A stretch of 64,000 nt of DNA. Source: Desulfobacterales bacterium. Its GTDB lineage: Bacteria > Desulfobacterota > Desulfobacteria > Desulfobacterales > JAHEIW01. Within the stretch, counting starts at the first letter, position 1; each line of letters starts with the position of its first letter. The stretch spans positions 457 through 64,456 of the forward strand of contig JASFNW010000006.1 in NCBI GenBank assembly GCA_050116835.1. The letters run 5' to 3'. Below are positions 52,473 through 59,939 of this stretch, piece by piece. A program made the position numbers and the translations under genes. The notes beneath the pieces were generated by a model. The model had not been told where the DNA came from. It ran no database searches and saw nothing but the letters and a program-made list of their open reading frames with translations.

Positions 52473-54311
52473 TTAATCTTCAAAATACTTGCCCAATCGA
52501 TTATGAATGGAGCCGGCGATCCCCTGCGGAAAGGCCACAACCAAGAATATAAATATACATCCGATAGCCAGCTGCCAAAAATCAAACCGCGCAATTTTAT
52601 CATGCAGCCAGGTATAGGCTGCTGAGCCGGCAATCGGTCCGAATAGCGTTTCAACTCCCCCCAACAAGACCATGAATAAAAACTCGAAGGAACGCGGGAT
52701 TGCCATTTCATCCGGAAACACACTGCCTTTTGAAAAAACGTAGATCCCGCCGGCAAGCCCGGCAAACACCCCTGCAATGGTGAAGGCCAACCACTGGTGC
52801 CGGCGCAGGTTAATTCCGATTGAGTCCACCCTGAGCGCTGAATCCCGGCAGGCGCGCATGGTATAGCCAAAAGGTGTAAATATGAAATAGCGCAGCAAAA
52901 GGATCCCACCGATGCATAAGACCATGGTCAGATAATAAAATACAACTTTCCCACTGGCCCAATCCGAAGGCCAGATCGTTAAAAGGCCATCATCTCCACC
53001 GGTAAATTCCCCCCATTGAAATACAATAGACCAACAGATTTGAGCAAAGGCCAGCGTCAGTATGGCAAAATACACACCGGACAACCGCACACAAAACCAA
53101 CCGATGATCAGTGCCAAAAGTCCCACAAATACGGGAGCAAAAAGGATGGCCAGTTCCATCGGGGAATTCAGATAATGCACCATCAGCGCCGCCGAATAAG
53201 CGCCCCCACCGAAAAAAGCCGCGTGCCCGAACGACACCATCCCGCCCGCCATCATAAAATACAAACTCATGCTCACTAACGCAAAAAGCGCAATTTCAGT
53301 CATCAATACCAAGCTGAACGAGTCAACAAATGCCGGCAAGACGAGAATGAATATGAGAAGCGCCAACCCCAGGAGTTTTAATTTTTTGGATGCCGGTTTC
53401 AGAATTGAATCCGCTATCTCCCCTGCACCATGCTCTTCAACTTCGGCTTTACCAAAAAGGCCGTGGGGGCGAATAATCAGCACCACTGCCATAGCCAGAA
53501 ACATCAGGACCAACGTGCTTTGCGGAAAGACCAGGACGCCAAATGAATTGAGCTCACCAATAATCACAGAAGCCAAATAAGCACCCGGAATACTGCCCAT
53601 TCCGCCGACCACTACGATCACAAAGGCGGCTGCGATCATGTTTAAATCCATCAGCAGATTGGCGCCGCCTTTGGGCAGCTGAACCGCACCGCCCAATCCG
53701 GCAATACAGGACCCTAAAAAAAATACCGTTGTAAACAGCCAGGTCTGGTTGACGCCTAAAGCATCTGACATTTCTCTGTCTTCAGTAGCTGCGCGGACTA
53801 AAATCCCCCAACGGGTATGACTCAACAATAACCAGAGGCCGATAAGAATCAACGGTGCAATAACGATAAGCGCAATGTCGTACTGCGGAAGTAAAGTCCC
53901 CATGACATCAATACTGCCCTCCAGACCCGGCGCCTGTTGGCCGAGGATATCTTCGGCACCGAATAGCCAACGGGACAGATCCTGAATGATTAGCACAACG
54001 CCAAAGGTGGCAAAGAGTATGAACAGCTCCGGCGCGCTGTAGAGCCGCCTCAACAAAAATACCTCCAACACAACGCCGATTAAACCGACAATCAGCGTCG
54101 CCAGAAAAATCCCTGCCCAGAAAGAGAGTGCGCCATGAGGGAAAAAATCGATCAGATAATAAGCCAGATAGGCACCGACCATATAAAATGAACCATGCGC
54201 CAGGTTAACGATGCGGGACACACCAAAAATTAAAGAGAGCCCGCAGGCCACCAAAAACAGGGCCGAAGCATCGGATAAGCCGGTCAGAAACTGTACAAGA
54301 TAAAAACCCAA
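52473..54311 (-). CDS. fused LivH-LivM-type ABC transporter permease
   Basis: 612 aa. The N-terminal half is LivH-like (..ACGLSLIFGVSRIVNLAHGSFYM..) and the C-terminal half is LivM-like (..GMVSFGHAAFFGGGAY..). Confidence 0.85.
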   Translation of the reverse strand: MGFYLVQFLTGLSDASALFLVACGLSLIFGVSRIVNLAHGSFYMVGAYLAYYLIDFFPHGALSFWAGIFLATLIVGLIGVVLEVFLLRRLYSAPELFILFATFGVVLIIQDLSRWLFGAEDILGQQAPGLEGSIDVMGTLLPQYDIALIVIAPLILIGLWLLLSHTRWGILVRAATEDREMSDALGVNQTWLFTTVFFLGSCIAGLGGAVQLPKGGANLLMDLNMIAAAFVIVVVGGMGSIPGAYLASVIIGELNSFGVLVFPQSTLVLMFLAMAVVLIIRPHGLFGKAEVEEHGAGEIADSILKPASKKLKLLGLALLIFILVLPAFVDSFSLVLMTEIALFALVSMSLYFMMAGGMVSFGHAAFFGGGAYSAALMVHYLNSPMELAILFAPVFVGLLALIIGWFCVRLSGVYFAILTLAFAQICWSIVFQWGEFTGGDDGLLTIWPSDWASGKVVFYYLTMVLCIGGILLLRYFIFTPFGYTMRACRDSALRVDSIGINLRRHQWLAFTIAGVFAGLAGGIYVFSKGSVFPDEMAIPRSFEFLFMVLLGGVETLFGPIAGSAAYTWLHDKIARFDFWQLAIGCIFIFLVVAFPQGIAGSIHNRLGKYFED

Positions 54312-54391
54312 AACTATTCCTTTATATGATCAAGATTAAACCATCGGAGGCGAATAATTCAAATATAGTGAAACTTACTCTGCACAATTAA

Positions 54392-54563
54392 ACTCGAAAT
54401 TCTAAGCACGAAATACGAAACAAATTCCAAATTCGAATATTTAAATGTTCAAAATATTAAAGATCGCAACTGAATATACATAGATGGAAAAATACGTAAT
54501 TGTGAGTTTAATAATTTGGTCATTCGAATTTGTTTCGAATTTCGATTTTCAATATTCGGATTT
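54392..54563. repeat. TTCGAAA-type inverted-repeat element
   Basis: Left arm ..CACGAAATACGAAACAAATTCCAAATTCGAAT (about 54405-54438). Right arm CATTCGAATTTGTTTCGAATTTCGATTTTC (54521-54550). The core CGAAACAAATTC / GAATTTGTTTCG is perfectly complementary. The AT-rich spacer is ~80 nt. Confidence 0.6.
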
Positions 54564-54564
54564 A

Positions 54565-54598
54565 GTTGCCGGTGCGGCTAAACGGCCACACCGGCAAC
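54565..54598 (-). terminator. strong hairpin directly after the binding-protein gene
   Basis: GTTGCCGGTG (54565-54574) / CACCGGCAAC (54589-54598), a perfect 10-bp stem. It lies 7 nt after the stop at 54605. There is no clear U-tract, so it is more likely an mRNA-stabilising or partial terminator. Confidence 0.5.
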
Positions 54599-54604
54599 TG
54601 AGTA

Positions 54605-55819
54605 TTATTGCGGTCTTAGTTTCATGACCTCTGCGTCACTGGGAAGATAATCTTTTCCGTCGGCGTATTTCCAATTTACCATGACACCTTTGCCATCTTT
54701 TAGAGCCGTGTAGCCCACATAGGCCCCCATGGTCGACTGGTGATCAATTTTGCGGTATGACATCGGGCCGACAATCGAATCGAAGGTTAAGCCTTCCATG
54801 GTGTCCACTAATTTTTCGGTGTCGAGCGTGCCGGCCTTCTTCAGCAGATGGTAAACCGAATACATGGTATTGTAACCCACCACCGAACCGGTGCGCGGAT
54901 AATCGTTGAACTTTTTTTGGTAGGCGGCCACAAACTTCATGTGCGCCGGCGTCTTGATATCATACCAGGGATATCCGGTGACCAGCCAGCCCTCCGGGGC
55001 CTCATCCTTCAGAGGATCCAGATATTCGGGTTCGCCGCTTAACAGGCTGACCATAAAGGTGTTGTCAAAGAAGCCTCTGAGTTTGCCTTCGCGCACAAAT
55101 TTAGCCAGATCGCTGCCGAAGGTTACATTGTAAACGGCTTCGGGTTTGGCGTCAGCCAGGGCCTGAATTTCGGCGCCGGCATTGATCTTAAACAGTGCCG
55201 GCCACTGTTCGGCCACAAACTCAACGTCCGGACGCTTGGCTTTTAAGACCTTTTTGAACGAGGCCACTGCATCTTTGCCATAAGCGTAATTCGGTGCAAT
55301 GGTGGCCCAGCGTTTGGCGGGATTTTTGGCAGCATCGACCGCCAGCATGGCTGCTTGCATATATGTCGATGGCCTCAACCGAAAGGTATAACGATTGCCC
55401 TTGGCCCAAACAACCGCATCGGACAGGGGTTCGGCGGCAATATAAAGCACTTTGTTACGCCCGGCAAAATCGGTTACCGCCAGTCCCACGTTGGAGAAAA
55501 AGGATCCCATGAGCAAAGCAACCTTATCTTTGCCGACCAACTCTTCAGCAACCTTTACAGCCTCACCCGGTTTTCCCTGATCATCCCGGGAAATGACTTC
55601 GATTTTTTTGCCCATCACACCGCCGGCGTTGTTGATTTCCTCCAGCGCCAGTTGCCAGCCATTGCGATAGGGGTGGGTGAAACTGGCCAATTTGCTGTAA
55701 GTCTGGACATCACCGACTTTAATGGTATCGGCGCCCAAAACTGCTGGCGCCGCTCCAAGAGCCAGCACGAGCGTGACGATCAGTAACGCAAACATGATTT
55801 TGCTAATCTTCATTTCCAA
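54605..55819 (-). CDS. periplasmic substrate-binding protein (LivK/PBP1 family)
   Basis: 404 aa. Signal peptide MKISKIMFALLIVTLVLALGAAPAVLGA and a type-1 PBP pattern. GGAGG RBS. Confidence 0.85.
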   Translation of the reverse strand: MEMKISKIMFALLIVTLVLALGAAPAVLGADTIKVGDVQTYSKLASFTHPYRNGWQLALEEINNAGGVMGKKIEVISRDDQGKPGEAVKVAEELVGKDKVALLMGSFFSNVGLAVTDFAGRNKVLYIAAEPLSDAVVWAKGNRYTFRLRPSTYMQAAMLAVDAAKNPAKRWATIAPNYAYGKDAVASFKKVLKAKRPDVEFVAEQWPALFKINAGAEIQALADAKPEAVYNVTFGSDLAKFVREGKLRGFFDNTFMVSLLSGEPEYLDPLKDEAPEGWLVTGYPWYDIKTPAHMKFVAAYQKKFNDYPRTGSVVGYNTMYSVYHLLKKAGTLDTEKLVDTMEGLTFDSIVGPMSYRKIDHQSTMGAYVGYTALKDGKGVMVNWKYADGKDYLPSDAEVMKLRPQ

Positions 55820-55864
55820 TTCCTCCTTTCCAAAGTTAGGAACTCCGGATGGTTTGGAGAGTCC

Positions 55865-56722
55865 CTAGTTTGATGGTGAAATGAGCTCCCGAACACTTTC
55901 TGTCATCACGAAAACTTCTTTTAGCGCGATCAAAGCGCCGACAATGCATCCCTGCCCGCAAAGGGCGTTGGCTTTCGACAGTGCCGTTTTAACGGCCTGA
56001 ATCTTTTTGCCGGTGCTCAAAGACCCCACGTCAACGGTAACGTGGATCCCTTTTAGATCCGTGTTGCAATCCATCTGTTCTGCCGGTGTCTGAGCGATGC
56101 TGCTGTCCTTCACGAAGCAAGCATTGGCTATCGCGGTGGCAGCTGCATCCGCAATCGAAGCATCGTTTGCAATCACGGTAACCGCCGATGCAATCCCCCG
56201 GGTGAAGCTTCTGCCGCCGAGACCGCTGGTGGTCACGCCCCAGGAAAACCGGCGGGCATCCAGATGGGCGATATGGGATATATCCAAACTGTTTATGTGC
56301 GGTCGGATACCGACGGTTGCCGTCTGACCGGCTGCCATCCGTATGGCGATATCACCCCCATTGTCCACAACCACCTTGGCGGGCCCGCGGCCAAACAGCC
56401 AGTCGGCCACGGCATCGGCAATCGTGCCTGCCACGGCCGCCATGGGTGTCAGGTCCGCATCGCCAACCGCTTTTACGCTTTGAATCATCCGCTGCGCAAG
56501 ATCGTTGTCCGGCACTGTCACGATTTGGTCGACAGGCAAAGCCAGTATCGTGCGCTGTTCGGCGATCGCTTCCAGGTATCCAAAGGATACCTCCGCGGCC
56601 TGCCGGCACAGGGCTAATTGCGGTGCGCCTTTTTGCCAGGCGCGGATGGCCAATCGCATCGGCCCGCATTCGGCCAATACGGTTTCTTCATCCGGCAACG
56701 TTATGAATCGTTCATAGGACAT
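55865..56722 (-). CDS. UPF0280 family protein (ApbE-like fold, from memory)
   Basis: 285 aa: ..CGPMRLAI..TPMAAVAGTIADAVADWL..VDNGGDIAI..TTSGLGGRSFTRGIASAVTVIA... Pattern typical of UPF0280. Its stop lies 4 nt from the upstream hnr-like gene. Confidence 0.6.
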   Translation of the reverse strand: MSYERFITLPDEETVLAECGPMRLAIRAWQKGAPQLALCRQAAEVSFGYLEAIAEQRTILALPVDQIVTVPDNDLAQRMIQSVKAVGDADLTPMAAVAGTIADAVADWLFGRGPAKVVVDNGGDIAIRMAAGQTATVGIRPHINSLDISHIAHLDARRFSWGVTTSGLGGRSFTRGIASAVTVIANDASIADAAATAIANACFVKDSSIAQTPAEQMDCNTDLKGIHVTVDVGSLSTGKKIQAVKTALSKANALCGQGCIVGALIALKEVFVMTESVRELISPSN

Positions 56723-56725
56723 TGC

Positions 56726-58249
56726 TTATTTTGACCCGTGCTTTTTGACTTTAAAGGGCTTGATGGCCTCGGTGTGCCCCCCCATTTCTTCATAATCTTT
56801 CAGTTCCATCGTGTACTCAAGGGGGCAGATGGTGGCCGGTGTGGGCGTCCAATAAAAAGCGCCGGACTTGACGCGTTCGACATCCACCATAAAAGAAATA
56901 CCACCCCCCGGCAGGATAAATCCGGGGGAGCCGCCGACGGTCAAATGGGCCCGGCCGTTATGCACCGCCCGGGTAAGTTTGATCGGATAGCGCGTCACAC
57001 CGGCCCGTGCGCTGCCGCCGGCACCGGCGGTATAGATGGCCGAAACCCGGGAAGGCTGGCAGCTGTCGGCAATTGCCTTGAGGGCGGCCTTGGCTTTTTT
57101 AGAAAGCGGTATTTCCGTTAGTGTACCTCCTTTACCGATTTTAAAAATGGCGCCGTTTTGGCCGGTGGTCTCGGTAATCAAAATGGTCATGCCCGGGCGG
57201 GCCATTTTCATGTCGACTGAGCTGATGACATCCACTGGATTGGAGATGGAGGTGCCGCCCCAGCCGTTGCCATGATCACCGAAATAGCGTCCCGGGGTGC
57301 TTTCGTTAAACTTCAGCCGGATACCGGTTGATTTGGCACCGGCGTAAACACCGGCCACATGGCGACTCATCTGTCCGGTAATGTGTGAATCAATGATAAT
57401 GACCTCATCGGCAGCCGCTGCCAGCAATGGCGCGAATAATCCCATGGTGGCGCTGCCGCAGCCCACCCGCATTCTGGTTGCTTCCCGACCGTCAATTACG
57501 GGCGGGTGGCCCACCTGAACTTCCAGCCGGCTGCCATTTTCGATTTTAAGACTCACGCGTTTGCGATTGGCAATTTCGGTAATGGTTCTGGCAATTACAA
57601 AACCATTTTTCCCGGTCAAACGGTTGACACCGCCGATGTGCAGCATTTTTGAACCGTATTGCTCTGTCTCCACCATGCCGACTTCTCTTTTACCTGCAAA
57701 AATGAGATCGCCCTCTTTGCCGATGGGGATGTCCGTATCGATTTTGACGATGATAGAGCTGTAGCTCAACGGTACTTCGGTTACGACGGTGACCACATCC
57801 ACACCGCGTCTTTTGGTCTGCACAATTTGGGGCGCCGGTTTGCAGTCCGGGTAGGTTGTCCCGGCGCCGATGGCCGTAATCAGGGGTTTGCGGATATTGG
57901 CCTTGGGCTCGGGACCGACGATTTCTTTGACATCGGCATAGGTGTGCAGGCGCGTCAGGCGCAGAAGTTTTCCCCCTTCGTTGCGGTACCGGTGGCAGGC
58001 GCCGACAAACCCGGGCTGGATCCAGCATTTGATCGGACAGGCATCACATTCAATCGCCTCTGCCGGCATGCTGTCAGCGTCAATCACGGCATCACTTTCG
58101 CAAACGCGCATGCACACGCCGCAGTGGGTGCACCAGTGATCATTGATCAGCGCCTTTTGCTTGACCAGTTTAACGGCATCGACCGGGCAATCGCGCACGC
58201 AATAACCGCAGCCGATGCATTTTTCAGTATCTACCCTCATTGTAGGCAA
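56726..58249 (-). CDS. hnr: 6-hydroxynicotinate-reductase-like iron-sulfur (flavo)protein
   Basis: 507 aa. N-terminal 2 x 4Fe-4S ferredoxin motifs (CIGCGYCVRDCP, CTHCGVCMRVC) plus further Cys (CDACPIKC..GACH). It sits beside the enamidase-like and XDH-family genes, as in the Eubacterium barkeri nicotinate cluster. Confidence 0.6.
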   Translation of the reverse strand: MPTMRVDTEKCIGCGYCVRDCPVDAVKLVKQKALINDHWCTHCGVCMRVCESDAVIDADSMPAEAIECDACPIKCWIQPGFVGACHRYRNEGGKLLRLTRLHTYADVKEIVGPEPKANIRKPLITAIGAGTTYPDCKPAPQIVQTKRRGVDVVTVVTEVPLSYSSIIVKIDTDIPIGKEGDLIFAGKREVGMVETEQYGSKMLHIGGVNRLTGKNGFVIARTITEIANRKRVSLKIENGSRLEVQVGHPPVIDGREATRMRVGCGSATMGLFAPLLAAAADEVIIIDSHITGQMSRHVAGVYAGAKSTGIRLKFNESTPGRYFGDHGNGWGGTSISNPVDVISSVDMKMARPGMTILITETTGQNGAIFKIGKGGTLTEIPLSKKAKAALKAIADSCQPSRVSAIYTAGAGGSARAGVTRYPIKLTRAVHNGRAHLTVGGSPGFILPGGGISFMVDVERVKSGAFYWTPTPATICPLEYTMELKDYEEMGGHTEAIKPFKVKKHGSK

Positions 58250-58295
58250 TACCTATTTTTCGATATTTTCTTGGTGACGGTTCACCCATCCATTG

Positions 58296-58710
58296 CTCCC
58301 TCGCCCCCTTTAGGGGGAGAGGGTTTAGGGTGAGGGGGATTCATTCAAATGCAAAAGAATTTTCCCCAATACGGCATTCTTTTCTTTTAAAACATCACTG
58401 TTCCAGAATCTTAAGATACGATAACCCCTATTTCTCAGAAATTCTGAACGGTTATCATCCTGTTCCTGGGTCAATGCATGTTGGCCACCATCAATCTCGA
58501 TGATGATTTTTTTCTCGGCACAAACAAAATCAACTATAAAAGGCCCAATAGGTCGCTGGCGGCGAAATTTGAAACCACCTAACTGACGATTGCGGACACT
58601 GTTCCATATTGCTCGCTCCGCATCTGTCATATTTTTTCTCAGGATTCTGGCTCTTTGGCTCACTCCTGCTCCCCTCACCCTACCCCTCTCCCCTCGCCGA
58701 GGGGAGAGGG
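58296..58710. mobile_element. DUF559 cassette bounded by imperfect ~40-bp inverted repeats
   Basis: Left end CTCCCTCGCCCCCTTTAGGGGGAGAGGGTTTAGGGTGAGGGGGA (58296-58339). The reverse complement of the right end (58671-58710) is CCCTCTCCCCTCGGCGAGGGGAGAGGGGTAGGGTGAGGGG. Each end is itself a GC-rich hairpin. The cassette sits inside the ena-hnr spacer of an operon. Confidence 0.55.
58325..58678 (-). CDS. DUF559 (Vsr-like endonuclease fold) domain protein
   Basis: 117 aa: ..ARILRKNMTDAERAIWNSVRNRQLGGFKFRRQRPIGPFIVDFVCAEKKIIIEIDGGQHA..RSEFLRNRGYRILRFWNSDVL.., the DUF559 signature. GTG start. Both ORF ends extend into the flanking repeats. Confidence 0.8.
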   Translation of the reverse strand: MRGAGVSQRARILRKNMTDAERAIWNSVRNRQLGGFKFRRQRPIGPFIVDFVCAEKKIIIEIDGGQHALTQEQDDNRSEFLRNRGYRILRFWNSDVLKEKNAVLGKILLHLNESPSP

Positions 58711-58778
58711 AATTGGAGTGTCAGAAGATTTTAATGAGTCAGATATAATAAACGAACACCATGCTAAAATCTAATTCT

Positions 58779-59939
58779 TTACAAAACTTTCGGCTTGCGT
58801 ACCGGCGGCGGCGTATTGCGGCTTTTGGCCACCACAATCTCGCCATCGACCAGCACCATGGCAACTGCGGGCACATCGCCGGCTTTAATCGCAGCCAGCG
58901 CATCCGCCCCCACCGAGCCCATAGGTGTATCCATGATCACCAGATCCGCCTCATTTCCCTCCGAAATCACACCCCGGGGCAGTTTGTGCACGCGGGCCGT
59001 GTTGCCGGTAGCCATACAGATGGCCTGTTCTGGTCTGATGGCCGTCAGACTGGCCAGGTGGCAGATGACTCTGAGCACACCCAGCGGAATCACCCCTGTA
59101 CCGGAAGGCGCATCGTTTCCGATAATGATGCGGCCCAGGGCATTTTGTTCTATGCACAGGTTAGCGGTTTCCACCGCCACCTTGGGATTGCCGCAGTGAA
59201 CGATTTCCAGGGCCAGATCGGTTTCTTTTACCAGACGCTGCACTTCATCCATGGCAACTGCGGTCGGCCCGCCGTTGATATGAGACACGATATCGGGATT
59301 TGCCTGAATGACCATTTCAGCTGTCACCGTGCTGCTGCCCGGAATAGAGGTCCCGCCGGCATGCATCATCACTGTCATACCGTACTCTTTGGCCCATTGC
59401 ACCATCGGAGCAGCATCTTCTGGATTCTTGATGGTCCCCAGTCCAATTTCGCCGACGGTTCGTACACCTTCTTTGGCCAGTTCTTCAAAGTCACTTTTGA
59501 CAAGACCTTTTTCCAGTATCACCGAACCACCGACAACTTTACCGCCACCCGGTCTAAAATTGGCAAAGGATTTCGCGGCTAACATCGCCAGCGCTTTGGT
59601 GCCGGCCGGATCCTTGGGGCGCCCCGGCAGATGGACTTCCCCGGCGGAAATAAAGGTGGTCACACCCCCATGGACCTCGCTTTCTAAGAATCCGGTCTGA
59701 TTTTGTCTGGGGGTATAGTCACCTAAAACCGTGTGACAGTGCGAATCAAACAAACCGGGCATGACGGTCGCGCCATCACAGTCAATGATCGTTTTGGTAT
59801 CGGCGGCATCGAGATTGCCTTCCGGGCCAACTTGTTTGATCTTGCCGTCTTCGATTAAAATGGCATCGCCGGGCAAGATCGGATCGGCAATATCGCCGCT
59901 GACAATTGTTCCAATATTTTTTAGAAGGACTTCAGGCAT
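58779..59939 (-). CDS. ena: enamidase-like amidohydrolase (1,4,5,6-tetrahydro-6-oxonicotinate hydrolase family)
   Basis: Start at ATG 59939 (MPEVLLKNIGTIVSGDI, GGAGGTGG RBS; ATGCCTGA overlap with the upstream stop). Amidohydrolase motifs (PGLFDSHCH, MHAGG, SHINGG, GNDAPSG). Overall similarity to my recollection of the E. barkeri enamidase sequence. Confidence 0.65.
   Translation of the reverse strand: MPEVLLKNIGTIVSGDIADPILPGDAILIEDGKIKQVGPEGNLDAADTKTIIDCDGATVMPGLFDSHCHTVLGDYTPRQNQTGFLESEVHGGVTTFISAGEVHLPGRPKDPAGTKALAMLAAKSFANFRPGGGKVVGGSVILEKGLVKSDFEELAKEGVRTVGEIGLGTIKNPEDAAPMVQWAKEYGMTVMMHAGGTSIPGSSTVTAEMVIQANPDIVSHINGGPTAVAMDEVQRLVKETDLALEIVHCGNPKVAVETANLCIEQNALGRIIIGNDAPSGTGVIPLGVLRVICHLASLTAIRPEQAICMATGNTARVHKLPRGVISEGNEADLVIMDTPMGSVGADALAAIKAGDVPAVAMVLVDGEIVVAKSRNTPPPVRKPKVL

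Noticed and set aside
52430-52909. 159-aa minus-strand ORF overlapping the 3' end of the fused permease gene.
   Set aside because: It is out of frame with a well-supported polytopic permease and runs into the CACGAAA-type repeat.
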